Position numbers and translations under genes: made by a program. A DNA stretch of 63,747 nucleotides, filler included, from Reticulomyxa filosa (Eukaryota > Protista > Foraminifera): NCBI GenBank assembly GCA_000512085.1. It is 16 parts of 16 records of this genome, joined end to end, with 100 filler letters (N's around TTAATTAATTAA, not from the genome) between each part and the next. Parts side by side here need not be neighbours in the genome. Positions count along the whole stretch, not along the records: positions 1 to 4,074 come from ASPP01010461.1; positions 4,175 to 5,909 come from ASPP01011084.1; positions 6,010 to 10,657 come from ASPP01028945.1; positions 10,758 to 12,793 come from ASPP01023678.1; 12 more parts are not named here. One strand, given 5' to 3'. Position 1 is the first letter of the stretch, and the number at the start of each line of letters is the position of its first letter. Below, piece by piece: positions 1 through 12,893 of this stretch. Below the pieces are notes generated by a model. The model searched no databases. It had not been told where the DNA came from and was given only the letters and a program-made list of their open reading frames with translations.

Positions 1-276
1 TATTATTATTATTATTATTATTATTATTGTTATTATTTATCGAATTGGTTGACCATGTCGTCATTTGTTGCAATAGCTTTTGTGCTTGAACAAATGTGGA
101 TTGCATTTGTTCATGTTGTCGCTCTTGATTGCTTTGCATTTCTCGTTTTTCTGTCTGTTTTTCATTTGCAAAGTTTTTTTTTTTTTTTTGCCATTAACTT
201 TTGAACATACTCCATCAATATACGTGTAATGCATAAAATGCAAAAAAAAAAAAAAAAAAAAAATACCATAAGTTGT

Positions 277-2326
277 TCAACTTTTTGCACAATTTGTCCT
301 TTGAGCAAAGGAGTTCTTCAATTGGGCGACGGCATCTCGATGAGCAATGACATATTCCTGCAATCTCTCTCGATGAACCTCCCAGGAACGCTTTAGTTTG
401 TTATATTCGCTTTTCAGTTCATTGTGTTCCTTTTCCAACAAGCTCAAAGCGTTTCCTCCTCCTCCTCCTCCTCCGTTGGTCCCACCTGTGTAGTTGTTAT
501 TGCCAGAACGGGTGTTGAGTGTCAATAGGTCTTGTTGGACTTTGTCCATTTGTTCACAGCAAGTGCTTGTCAATGCAAATGACAAATGCAACATTTGTCG
601 GTGCATTTTGTCTATCAAAAAGTCGATCATTGAAGTGTTTAAAGAACTGGGATTGTTATTGCTATTGATATCATTGTCTTTGTCCGTGTTCGCAAAGATA
701 GCCGACCACGGTTCGCTTTTCAACTCTTGCAAAAATTTTTTCATATCATTGCATTCTGGCAAAATGACATTGACATTTCCAAAAGAAATACTTTTCAAAT
801 AACTCATAAAAAAAAAGCGAACACTGTGCAATAAACGAAACAACCGACATACGATATACACACGCAACGATGGAATGGCATCCATTTGCGCTTGTGTTTG
901 TCTTTGTGTCTGCGCTTGTTGTCTATAGAATTGCTTCATCAAATCATTGACCAGTTTTAATATGTCTTCGACGTACTGATAGCACAGCTGTTCTTTTTCG
1001 TTCATATCCTCGCGTTTCAAGGCCTTGCTTACTGCATTTATTGTTTCACGCGAACAGCGATTCATGCCATCCAGTCCGCTGCTTCTCCACACGTAATAAT
1101 TCAAGTGATGATGACTGATCTCTTGATGCCAATAGTCGCGCTGTTCGACATTGGTCAGACTAATGCGGATCTTGCTGATCAACATATCAATCTGTGTTAT
1201 GTTTGTTCATGTTCAATGCAAGTGGTCCTTTTATGTATTTTTCACGTTGTGTATACAATCACGTGGATATATGTATATATATATATACATATATGCCATA
1301 TAAATATATACATATATACATATATTTATATTTTTTTAATATTTGCATTTTAAAAAAAAAAAAAAAACAACAACCACTCAACTTCCAAAACAAATCTCTG
1401 ACCATCCACAGTCTTATAACTTTTTTGAATTTCGCTCATTTCACTCAAAAACAACGTATGGGAACACAAGGCTTTGGACGAAAGGCTGGTCTTTGCAGTC
1501 GGAGACGTTATCGATAGTGGACTTTGCAATTCGTGCAGAGTGAACTTGAGCGAGTCCTTTTCGATGCTCAACAGCGCAGGGATCCACAGCGAGTTCTTAT
1601 GTTTGGACAGCACCTTATCGCGCACAGTCTCTTTGTTCTCTGAATGCTCACTCAACGTATAAGTCAAAAGATATTCCCACGAATGGACATGCAACAATAC
1701 TTCTCCTTGAGAGCTTGTCATAGTTGTATCTGACATTGTCATCGCTCCTACTGTCCCCCCTCCTCCTCCTCCTCCTCCTCCTCCTCCATCTCTTCCTCCG
1801 GAAGAGGACTTTTTTCCACTGTCGGTTCTGCTTCGCTGGTGGACATTACTTGCAGTGTACGTACACTGCTGTCTTCGCTCGCATTTGTGTTCGTCTTCGA
1901 CACGTACAGGCCGCTGCTGTTTGTTTCATCATTGGAAAGTGTCGGTGCATCGAGTTGTGACTTTTCTTGATTGGAGGAAGAGGAAAATGATTTCTTTTCC
2001 GATCGATTTACACGAGGAGACTCACCTAGTGTTCGACGTGTTGTCGCTGTTGGTGTCGTCGTCGTGGGCGAGTCCATGTGTCTCTTCGGCTCTGTCGAGT
2101 TGTCCTGCGACTGACCCGAAAACGTGTCCAATGAACGCTTTGGCACAAGTGCTGGTGGTGCTCGATTTGGTGGCGGTGATTTCGCATACATTGTCTCGCG
2201 GGAACGAAGAGAGGACGAGAGTTTGGGCATATCCTCAGCAGCTCCTTGATCCCCATCTGAATCGTCGTGTTTTCGTCGAGGACCACGAAATTTTGATTGT
2301 CGACCCGCTGGAAGTGGTTTTGACAT
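277..2326 (-). CDS. Hypothetical protein: disordered Ser/Thr-rich N-terminus, helical middle, C-terminal coiled coil; spliced
   Basis: ORFs 2326-1748, 1742-1350 and 1185-277 are collinear. The first two join with a 1-nt fix at the G run near 1755-1760. A likely intron ~1382-1192 (GTTGAG...ACAG) gives ...RFVLE|IDMLISKIR. C-terminal heptads LEKEHNELKSEYNKLKRSW. Confidence 0.6.
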
Positions 2327-2987
2327 TTTCCTTTGATGTCTGATTTTTTAACCAACCATTAGTGGGAAAACCATAAAAAAAAAAAAATTGCCCTCTTTGT
2401 CTGCAAAGTCTTGTTTGTAAACTTCTCTCTTTTCTGGCATATATTAGCTGGCTGTTGTCAATCCTGAAAGGTCGTTTTACAAAATTATTCTTTTAGAAAC
2501 ACTTTACACAAAGTGCTTACGCATATCTCTTCGTATTGTAGCCGGATATGCATAGAAATATTGTAAATTTTCCTGTCCTGCTATGACTGATCTCTAGTCA
2601 CGACATTATGCTTGTAAGACAGTCTGACAACAATTTTCTAAAACATTATATCAAAAACAACTTTTATTGAAAACACAAAGAAGAATAATTTACGATGCGT
2701 TTTTGATGTTGGTTTTTAATTGCGTCCTCATTATTTGCAAAGCCCGAACAGTAGTAATTTTTGCAAAGCGTTTTTTTGGTTCACTATCGAGAATTTTTTT
2801 TAACTGAGGATTTATCATCCAAATCAAGCGGTCTCCCAAGAGACAAAAGAAAGTAAAAAAACGTGACCTGACATCATTTCCACTCGTTCAATAAAGGTTT
2901 TTAATGACCTTGAAAAAAAACACTAAAACAACAATACAAAAAACAAAAGAGAAGAAATAAAAAAAAACAAAAAAAAAACGAAAAGAA

Positions 2988-4030
2988 ATGAAGCGAATTG
3001 ATGGTTTGGGGTTAGCAATACTTATCGAATCGAATTTACTATTGATTTTTTTATTGTCGAAAGATACTCGTGTACGCTATGAAAAAGAGAAAATGCGTCG
3101 ATTACAAGGATCTGGGGATGAACATTATTTTCCAACAACAACATGGTATTTGTTGGTAACGACATTTTTAAGTGCACTGACGATGATAAATACAAGTATA
3201 GGATCCAAAAATGAGTTGATATTGTCAATAGTGTTTGCAGGATCGGAAATGATATTTTGGATAAGTGATTGGGAAAACACGGTACGACAGACAATGGTAT
3301 TCTTGCAAGTGCGTAATAACATGGTAAAAAAAAACCCATTTGGGCGTATAGTCATTGTGATATGCGGTTGTCTGCAAATCTTGCTATTTATTTTTTCTTT
3401 GTTGACACAAATCAGTTGCTCCAACAATGCATCGCAAAAATGTAATTTGGGAAAATTGCTCCACAACAGAGTTCCCGCCATCACCTGGCAATGGCATATT
3501 GTGTTTGTTCATGTGGTTGATTTTGTTGGATCGATTATTTTGGATATACAATACTTTTGGATCGTCGTCCCTTACTGCTTGTACAATGACACCAATGTTA
3601 TTTGCGGCCGATATGGATTCCTCGAGATATTTGTAAGTGTTTTTTTTTTTTATTTATTATTTCATTCGTCTTTCATATATAAAACTTTGTTTTAAAAAAA
3701 TACACACACACACACATACATACATAGGTTCGGCCGGTCTTTCAACTGGTCTATGCCATTTGTCGCTATGTCTCATTCATCATTATCATCGCCATTTCTT
3801 GTCATATTGCCATTGTGGAATCCAACGACAACTCTCACTTGTATGACGTGGTTATTCCAATACTCATGCAACTCATATGTTTGGGAAGATTTGTTACCTA
3901 CACTCACAATCGAATTGAACCCTCGGGGTGCGTTCGACAATATTGGGGCCAGTTCACTGAAATGTTTTATCAGCATGCTCGAAACAAATATCAAGAAAGA
4001 CACGACGGTGGATTTTGTCCTGAGTTTTAA
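2988..4030 (+). CDS. Multi-pass (~7 TM) membrane protein, ~315 aa, 2 exons
   Basis: Exon 2988-3632, phase-0 intron 3633-3727 (GTAAGT...ATAG), exon 3728-4030 reading VRPVFQLVYAICRYVSFIIIIAISC...GFCPEF*. About seven hydrophobic segments by eye. Confidence 0.7.
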
Positions 4031-4035
4031 TTCAA

Positions 4036-4074
<39 letters not shown>

Positions 4075-4174
4075 NNNNNNNNNNNNNNNNNNNNNNNNNN
4101 NNNNNNNNNNNNNNNNNNTTAATTAATTAANNNNNNNNNNNNNNNNNNNNNNNNNNNNNNNNNNNNNNNNNNNN
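4075..4174. other. Artificial contig spacer
   Basis: 44 N + TTAATTAATTAA (stops in all six frames) + 44 N. Confidence 0.98.
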
Positions 4175-4833
4175 TTTTTTTTCTGATAAAAACAGCATCA
4201 CCACTTGTATGTTATTACGCATTTCTTTGCGCAGACAAAACAATTAATACTTGATTTTCATTTAAATCTCAACTTCGCTTCCTAACCAATTTTTCAATAG
4301 TCTAAATCGTGTCCAATTTACTAAAATTTCATAAACATGCTTTCTATAATTGTATCCTGAGAAACAACAAATCAATTTAAAACGAATAAATTACATAAAT
4401 ATCTTTATCAGAAAAAAAAAGTGAATCTGGATAAATTTTTATTTTTTTATACATAAACGAATCAAAGAACATTGTTAGTATTAAAAATTAGTTAATGTTT
4501 AATAAAAATATCATTAACCAACAACCCTATGTTTCGCATAACAATAACTTAAACAATTCAAAAATGAATCGTTACAATTAAAAAAATTCAAATGGTTAAA
4601 TCGAAAAATCCAACGCAAATCGAGTTTTTCTAAATGTAAAATAGCATAGTATTTGAATAGTATGTTCTTTCGAGAAATATATCCAATTACAAAAACTTGT
4701 CAAATTTCAAAGAAGAGAAATTTTGTGAAAACACAAAGAAGCACTTATTACAAACACTTAAAAGAAGGGGAGAAGGGGACAGAAGAGGGGTGTTAGAAAT
4801 TTTTAATTGTGACGATCCCAGCTCTTTAAAAAA

Positions 4834-5868
4834 ATGTCAAAAGCAACAGATTCCAATTGTTCAGCTCTACGCTGTTCCCCTTACACCTCGCGTGATAATA
4901 TAGAATTGTTGAAACAAAAATGTAGTGAACAGTTTTTTATTGGGCAGAAATTAGTACTTCGACACGAGTGGCCAAGTAAAAGCCCTATTTGTACAGTCAA
5001 AGATTATTATCCTGATACGAATGAATTACATGTATGGTTTGATACTGGAAATGTGCAGATGATAAATATCAAACAGGACCGTTGGGAGCGTTATTTTGAC
5101 GATGATGAACATTTCTGGAGCTTGGTAGATGAATTACAATTAGGAAGACGAAAAAACTCTACCAAAAGCCCCATGATTACAAAGCAGTTGTTGTCGTGGC
5201 AGCCGTGTGATTTGGGAAAAGAGATAGGTGCACTTGTCCAAGTCCGTCTTGACAGTGATCCAGATACATATTATGTCGGGAGAGTTACGGATTATGATAA
5301 AACATCCCGCCGAACAAGAATTGCATACGGAATTCCGAGATTAGATGGTTCAGAATGGTGTTGGTAAGAATTTTTTTTTTTTTTGCACCGTAAACAAATA
5401 AAGATTTTGTATTTTAAATATTTTATAATTCTTTCAATAAGCGAAAAAAATAATAAAAATAAATACAAACTAAAGGGCAACTGATAAAAAATTAATGCAA
5501 TTGCCTCCTGAATCTTTAAAAAATATGGAAGATGATTTTAAAAATCGATTGTTGGGACTACCAGTGGGTCAACAACCAGCTCCACCTTTTGATCCATTTG
5601 TTTACCGGTTACCAAAAGAATTTGTAGATGATACAAAGACATCACATGAATTAAAATCAAGAACAAAAAAGGCAACACCAAGCACAAGATCAAAATTCAA
5701 GTCCAATTCCAAATCAAAATCAAATTCGAAATCAGGATCAAAAACAGAATCAAAGTTAGATTCAAAATCAGGATCAAAAGCAGAATCAAAATTAGAATCA
5801 AAAAATGGAGAAACACCAAATGATCCCCAACACCGATATCCTACTCGATTTCAACAAGTTAATGTATT

Positions 5869-5908
<40 letters not shown>

Positions 5909-5909
5909 T
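4834..5909 (+). CDS. Tandem Tudor-like domain protein, 3'-partial
   Basis: Two repeats of the pattern IGxxVxV...xVxDY...xxxVx(F/Y)xxG: IGQKLVLRHEW...CTVKDYYPDTNELHVWFDTG and IGALVQVRLDSDPDTYYVGRVTDYDKTSRRTRIAYG. Then an intron from ~5363 and an S/K-rich exon (ORF 5495 onward). The 5' end is uncertain because of an overlapping ORF at 4697. Confidence 0.55.
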
Positions 5910-6009
5910 NNNNNNNNNNNNNNNNNNNNNNNNNNNNNNNNNNNNNNNNNNNNTTAATTAATTAANNNNNNNNNNNNNNNNNNNNNNNNNNNNNNNNNNN
6001 NNNNNNNNN
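5910..6009. other. Artificial contig spacer
   Basis: 44 N + TTAATTAATTAA + 44 N. Confidence 0.98.
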
Positions 6010-6574
6010 CATTTGCATTTGCATTTACATTTGCATTTGTATTTGTATTGATTGTGATTTGCTCATATGACTTAAGAATCTTCAAACAATCCTCTTTTTG
6101 TGCTAATAAGACTTTGATCTGTTGCGTCATGTCGTCGTATCTTTGCTCGATCTCATTCAGTCGCTCTATCATTTGCATTTGCGTGTCTGTCATTTTCGGC
6201 AGTTTTTCCGAGGTCGTCTCTCTCAACTTCAATCGCGCTTTCAGATTCGCTTCGGCATTTTGCAATCTCCCTTCCAATTTGGTCTTTTCTTGTACCATTC
6301 GCTTCATCTCGTTACTCATTTCTTCTTGCTTCTTTCCACATTCGTGCGTTTTACATTCCAATTCTTCCCTCTTCTTCAATATGCTCTGTCTTCGTTCGTT
6401 CATCGTTTGGATGCGAAAGTTCAACTCCTCTCGCTCCGCTATTATCTGCTGGTGCCGCTTTTTCAAGTCTTCCACTTCTTTTCTTTCCTCTCCTTCTTGT
6501 TTCCAAGTCGAGTCTCCTACGTCGGAAGGGGTCGAAGTCACACCCTTCAACGAGCGAAGCCATTCTGCTGCCAT
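6010..6574 (-). CDS. Coiled-coil protein, 3'-partial
   Basis: ATG at 6574, continuous E/K/Q/L-rich heptad ORF running into the contig end. Confidence 0.65.
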
Positions 6575-6908
6575 TTTTTTTCCTTAATGTTTTTACTTTT
6601 GGATAGAATTATACTTTCCTAAGAATCGTTCACATTTTTTTTTTTTTTTTAGTTGCGAACCCCTTACTCCTGCTCTTTGAAAATCTTAAGCCATTGTCTT
6701 ATTTTTTTAAAGTCGCACTTTATTTAAACGCTTTCAACCCATAAAAAGTTAATCTTTTTTGTCATTCAAAAGTACTGCTTTTTAAAAAACAGCAGAGCAA
6801 CTTTGAGGGAAAAAAAAAACGTACCAACAAAAAAACCAAATTGCCATAGGAGCGAAAAAAAATAGTGTCACAATGTTTGTAAAAAAACAAGTAGATGTTG
6901 CATATTGT

Positions 6909-8293
6909 CTAGGAGCGATTAGTGTGTTTCCTATGTTTGGAGGAAGTGTTTGAACTATTGGTACGCGTTCGCGATTTATCTTTGTCCTTTGATTTGTGAT
7001 GTTTATGTTTGTGTTTGTGTTTATGTTTATGTTTGTGATCATGATGTTCATGTTTATGCTTGTGAGAGTGGCCATGGTGTGTACTTTTGCGCTTGCGCAC
7101 ATGCCCTTTGGAGTTACTATTGCTACTTCTGCCAGTGTCACTATCTGTGTTATTGTCTGTGTTACTGCCACTCTCACTTGCACTTTCACTCTCACTTGCA
7201 CTTGCACTTTCACTCTCACTTTCACTTTCACTCTCACTTTCACTGTCATGGGAATGTCGTTTTTTTTTGGGTTTAGATTTAGATTTATGATGCTTTTTAC
7301 TTTTGCTTTTTTCACTTTCATGAGAAATAGGTTTATCTTTTGGTTTGTTTTGCTTGTTCGTTGAATCTTTTTTTGTTTCTTCATCTTTGTTTTTCTCTTT
7401 ATTTATTTCTTTTTCCTTTTGTTTTTTTTTTTTTTCTCCTCTTCTTTTTTTTTCTCTTCTTTTTCTTTCTCTTGTTGTTCTTCGTCTTTATGTTTTTCGA
7501 AAGAGTTTTCAGTGACAATTTGGTGTGGAGGAGTCTTTTTGTTATTTGGATCTTGCCCCATCACGTTCAAGTTTTCTTTTGGTGAAGCGTCGATATTGAA
7601 GTGATCCATCATGTTCATCCCCATTACCTTTTCGTTCAAAGCGTTCAAGTCACTCTGTTGCAGCCCGTGTTTGGCTGTATTCCTGCAAATGTTCAAAGAG
7701 AAGTATTGTATCTTATAATATGCATATATATACATATATACGTATACATATACAGATACATATACATATATACATATATTCATATATGCTCCTCTCCAAA
7801 AAAAAACAACAACTTGAAATTCCCTAGGTCGCTGTTGAGCGATTTTTCCAGTGGACTGTGCTCCAAGATATCATCACCATCAGTCCACGAGCCATCATCG
7901 CTGCTAGACTCATTGTCTTGATCGGCGTGATGTACTTTTGGGAAGCGCTGCTTTTCTTTTTCTTTGTCGTACTCCGAGCTAGAACATCACAGACAAGATA
8001 AAAACAAGAAACAGAGAGATATAAAGATAGAAACAAAAGTAGATGCACGTAACTGCAGTTTTTCGGCAGCCTTTTCGACTTCGATGGCATATTTGGGCAG
8101 AGCGAGGAACTTGAAGATGTCATAGGCAAAGCGCTGGTCATTGCAATAGGTCACAGTGAACTTGTGATGTTTGAAACACCACGAGGTAAGGAAATCGCCG
8201 ACGTCAATCAGTCGTTTGTTTATTGCCGTCAATTGCACAAAGGCTGTGAGTCGCTTCTTCAGCTGATCCGACTCGCGTCTGCGTTTCTCATTC

Positions 8294-8324
<31 letters not shown>

Positions 8325-8947
8325 TATCATTGTTCTCGTTCTCGTCTTCCTCTGGCTCAGGGTTCGCGTCGTCGCAGAACTTGTAAATCCAATACGGCGC
8401 GAGGCGATTCAACGTGCACTCGCGCGTGGGCACTGTTTCTTGGTCTTTCGAACTCAGGATTTGATCCATCGCTTTCTTTGTAAATTGCGGCACCACGCTT
8501 GCGATTATTTGGTATTGCTGTTTCTTTTCTGGATTCGGCGTCGTGTTGAAGTACAGACAGTCCAATGCCTGGCTTCTCACCTGTCATTGCAACATATTTC
8601 GATTCATTCTTATACTTTCCATTTGGACTTTGCTCTTTTTATCGTGCAAAAAAAAAAAAAATATTACAAACTGTTGCGTCATATGATAGGTACACATATG
8701 CTTTGTCTTTGACCTCCAATCTCAACGTTACTATCGAGAATCCTGTGTGCAGCTTGATCAACCATTCCGGGTACTCCTTATTTTGTGTTGTCTTTGACAA
8801 CAGCCACATCGCCAATATTTCCGCGTCATGCTCTTGCAATCGCTCTGCATGTGTATTCGCGTCCGCCAAGGCCACAGGAAGACCTGAAGCATACTCCGCG
8901 AGGGACTTTAACAATCCCACAGATGACTTTACGCTGCTGCTGTACAT
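6909..8947 (-). CDS. Hypothetical multi-exon protein with a long K/E/S/H-rich low-complexity tail, probably nuclear
   Basis: ATG at 8947 (MYSSSVKS...). Exons approx. 8947-8690, 8610-8050, 7979-7815 (SEYDKEKEKQRFPKV...) and 7683-6909, ending in (ES)n, (HK)n and ...RKHTNRS*. The frame slips in the A-rich stretch near 7400-7435. Confidence 0.6.
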
Positions 8948-9683
8948 CTTTTTTTCTTTATCCCCTGGGAAAATCAGGGCCACAATAGAAAAACCCTTTT
9001 TTTGCTTACGTACAATCAATTTTGCAACTAACTAGTAAAAATAAAAGCACGTGGCCATTTGTGCAGTTTCAAAAAATGCATTCCAAACAATTATTCAACG
9101 TCAAATTTTTTAGAAAAAAACAACTTTCAAAATTGGCTTTGCCTTTTAAAAATCAATTTAGGATAGGAAGAAAAATTATTCATGTTACGGTTTAATCAAA
9201 GGTAGTCTGTGTTTGACAAAACAACTTTTTGAATAAAAAAGCCAAAAAATGACATGATTTGAAATACATTTTGGAAGTGTGGTTGTAAGTTCTTCGATTG
9301 ATCCTTCGTATTATGCCCTATGAAAAGAATATTTGTGAAAGAAAGTTAACAGATATTAAAAATAAATAATGAAAAATTTTCACTTGAACATATAATTACC
9401 ATAATCTTTGAAAATAAAATTGAAAAAGTAGATTACATAAGAAATGTTTGTGATCGAGAAAATATCCAATTGAGGTGAAAACAAAAGCAAGTTCATGACA
9501 GGTTTCTTGAAAATCTCTTGGGTATGAAAAATTCAATTTAAAATAAATTGTGTTTTTAAATTTGCTATCTTCTTATTGAAAGAAATCAAATGTTATGAAA
9601 TTTAACCTCGACGTAAAAAGTTCAAATATTTTTTCTGTTTGCGTCATCTACCACAATCTCAAGCGAAATAAGAAGTTGAAAGG

Positions 9684-10657
9684 ATGACCACACAGAAAAA
9701 TGAAAAACAAATTTCAACGCAACTGACATTGGTAAGTTTCTTTCAATCTTTCAAAAAGCTAGCTGTTTTTAAAATTTTGTTGTGGCTGAAACAGTTAGAA
9801 GAAGAAAATATTCAAATAATTATTCGACATTGGATTAGAATATTAAATATTAGATCATGATTTTGATATAATTGTTGTCAATTACGTTAAGCATATTTGT
9901 TCAAATATTTATTTTCTGTTTATAGTTATAATTATAATTACAATCACATAGACAACAATATTATTCATGTTTAACACATTTATTTCATCATCCAAATTAC
10001 TTAAAACATTTACTAATCATATTAAGGCTGTGTGGAGTATTGACTATTCAAAAGTATTTGATGACAGTCACTTACTTTGTTCTGGATCAAATGATAAAAC
10101 AGTTCGTGTATGGGATATAGATACCAATAAACAAATTCAATTATTTGATGAACATTCGGATCCTGTATATTGTGTAAAATTTTCACTATATCATTATCAT
10201 AGTCATCGTCGTAATGTCATTTGTTCTTCATCAGCTGATAGAACCATTCGTTTTTGGGATTTCAAACATAATCAACAATTACAAGTATTATATGAGCATA
10301 ACGGTCCAGTTTGTGGAATTGAATTTTCATCATTTAATGGTGGTAGATATTTGTGTTCTGGATCACACGATAAAACAATTCGTTTATGGGATGTTGAAAC
10401 GTACAAAACATTACATATTTTTAATGAATATGCTATTTCTTGTGTTGATATTTCACCATTACAAAGCAATAACAACAATGGTAATGATAATAAGAATGAT
10501 AGTATTGGTGTGATTGGTGGAAATGGATATACCATTTGTTCCGGATCATATGATAATACAATTTGTATATGGGATATTGAAACAACCAAACAATTGAATA
10601 TATTCAAAGGACGTGAAGATTGGATTGGTAGTGTAAAATATGGATCAAATGAATTAG
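9684..10657 (+). pseudogene. WD40-repeat family paralogue 1, probable pseudogene, 3'-truncated by contig end
   Basis: Same 3-exon layout as the other copies (MTTQKNEKQISTQLTL | LEEENIQIIIRHWIRILNI | WD exon). Exon 2 lacks ~11 nt encoding LGWI, giving TGA at 9858-9860. The GH of one WD repeat is deleted (IFNEYAISCVD). Confidence 0.75.
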
Positions 10658-10757
10658 NNNNNNNNNNNNNNNNNNNNNNNNNNNNNNNNNNNNNNNNNNN
10701 NTTAATTAATTAANNNNNNNNNNNNNNNNNNNNNNNNNNNNNNNNNNNNNNNNNNNN
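10658..10757. other. Artificial contig spacer
   Basis: 44 N + TTAATTAATTAA + 44 N. Confidence 0.98.
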
Positions 10758-11189
10758 AGGTAAGGGGAAAAAAAAAAAAAAAGTTTCAAGAAAATACATA
10801 CGATTTGGCTTATCCTCATTTTTGACAGTGGCGGAAGAGAGAGGGGCGGAGTTTTTTCTCGGACTAACGACGGCGTTGTCGGATTGAGACTTGGCACTGG
10901 ATTTCATAGTTGTGGATTGAAGACGAGAAGAGGAAGGAGACAAAGTTGGGTCAGGTGGAGTATTCGCAACAGATGCCAGTTTGTTAGGTCGACGATTGGA
11001 ATTGTCCGATGTCTCGTTGCTATTCTTGCTGTCATTTTTGTCGTCTGTATCTGACAATGCACTCTTACTCACGTCTAAACGAGCTATCGATGAACTCTTT
11101 GGTCGAGGAACAAATTTCGGGATATTTTTATCTTCTATCATTATTTGCGACAACAAATACATTCAAGAGTTTTCTCTGCTAATCAACTA

Positions 11190-11222
<33 letters not shown>

Positions 11223-11976
11223 TCGATGCATAGTAAATAACTCTTCTTCCTTTACAAAAACGCCATATGGATTTGGACATTTGAAATATCGAATCTGATT
11301 TATGCTGCCATCATTTTTCCCATTTTTTTCATCCAATTCGATTCCATACCATATTCCCTCATCAAAATTCACTGGCCCTATGAACCTCACTGTTCCTATT
11401 CCTTTTTCTGGTAATTCTACTCGATCTCCTATTCCAATACGTATTCCCTTGGAATCTTCGCATACATCATTAACACATACACATATGCATATTTAATTCA
11501 TTTTTTTTTTTTTTTTGAAGATTTTAATCTCCGTGTATGTAATATATTGACATATAAATACATACACATATATGCATTTATATTTATATTTATATATGTA
11601 TTTATGCATATAAAGTGATATTTTTTTTTTTCCAATGTTCCTTCGTTTATTTTTTTAAAAAAATGATGATCCACACAAACATATATTGTATTACACTTTG
11701 GATCATATGTCCATACATTCAATCGAAATTTATTACATTCATTTCTCAACTTGGAACAAGAGAAATAATTTTGGGTTTATTCACTAATATTCCATGATTT
11801 TTTTTGCACTCAAAATACTTATGATCATTTACGACGCCGTCGTTTTGTCCGCTATCATTGTCTAATTGAACACCGTACCAAACACCTTCTGCAAATAATA
11901 CTGGCCCAATAAATCTTACTACTCCTTGTCCATAATCAGATAGCTGCACCCGATCTCCTATTGTTATTCGTAGCAT
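10758..11976 (-). CDS. Tandem CAP-Gly domain protein (CLIP-170/p150glued-type microtubule tip binder), 3'-partial
   Basis: Exon 1: IGDRVQL...GVVRFIGPVLFAEGVWYGVQLDNDSGQNDGVVNDHKYFEC...HGILV. Exon 2 (~11454-11222, absent from the ORF track): IGDRVEL...GTVRFIGPVNFDEGIWYGIELDEKNGKNDGSINQIRYFKCPNPYGVFV. Then a Ser-rich exon. Confidence 0.9.
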
Positions 11977-12347
11977 TTTGATTTTTGCTTCTTTTTTCTC
12001 CCTTGTTTTTCTAGCTTTACAACTAAGAACAAGAAACACGTGTCGTTGTAAAACCTGGTAATACAATATATTTACAAGGAGATAATAAAATCTTTTTCAT
12101 AAAAAAAAACAAAAAAGTGGTAGTGCAAACACTTAGTTATTTGTGATTCTTGCAGAGTTGAACTTGATATAATCAAGAAAAATTTTGTTATTGCTTGAGC
12201 AATAACAAAAGTGGAAAAAAATCACTTACCAATTTCAAAGCTATTTCATATTTTGCAAAATATAAAATGATAACTTTGTACACAAGTTTCTAATTAACAA
12301 AACTGAGCATTTACTTATTATATTATTACAATGAGTTAATTTATTGT

Positions 12348-12716
12348 TTAAGTTGTGCAGTTGACCGCAAAGGTAGTAGGATTAAACGTCAAGTTAGTTT
12401 TTACATTGTATTGCCACGTTTGCACTCCTGTTTGCAAGTCAATGCCAACTAAATCCCAACGAACAAATGAATTTGCATAATCAAACCAAAAAGTAATGAA
12501 TGTATCACCATTGTCATCCAGTGACAAACGAGGTCTTTTGACACCATTGTAACGTTCCAATTGTGACAAAAAAAATGACCACTTTTGACATGTACCATAA
12601 TTTTCATCGTAGTCATTCCCTGCAAAAATGGCCCCAATGTCAGACAAAAATGTGGATTTGGGGGGAGCAAAAAATCCAGTTACTGGACCAGTTGAACATG
12701 ATCCTGCATCGCTTAG
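12348..12716 (-). CDS. Last exon of an unknown protein, beta-rich, possibly secreted or beta-propeller
   Basis: Open frame after an AG acceptor: ...WDLVGIDLQTGVQTWQYNVKTNLTFNPTTFAVNCTT*. Confidence 0.45.
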   Translation of the reverse strand, partial: LSDAGSCSTGPVTGFFAPPKSTFLSDIGAIFAGNDYDENYGTCQKWSFFLSQLERYNGVKRPRLSLDDNGDTFITFWFDYANSFVRWDLVGIDLQTGVQTWQYNVKTNLTFNPTTFAVNCTT

Positions 12717-12793
12717 GCTAAAATTAGTGTGTACATGTTCACATTTTATCCAAGTTTTTTTTTTCTTTTCCAAATGAACAATGACAAAAAAAA

Positions 12794-12893
12794 NNNNNNN
12801 NNNNNNNNNNNNNNNNNNNNNNNNNNNNNNNNNNNNNTTAATTAATTAANNNNNNNNNNNNNNNNNNNNNNNNNNNNNNNNNNNNNNNNNNNN
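12794..12893. other. Artificial contig spacer
   Basis: 44 N + TTAATTAATTAA + 44 N. Confidence 0.98.

Noticed and set aside
6782-7604. Overlapping antisense or alternate-frame ORFs with VKVRVKV, LSLSL or FFFF tracts (also 31295-31981, 32235-32708, 42362-43042)
   Set aside because: They are shadow frames of tri- and hexanucleotide repeats within real exons.
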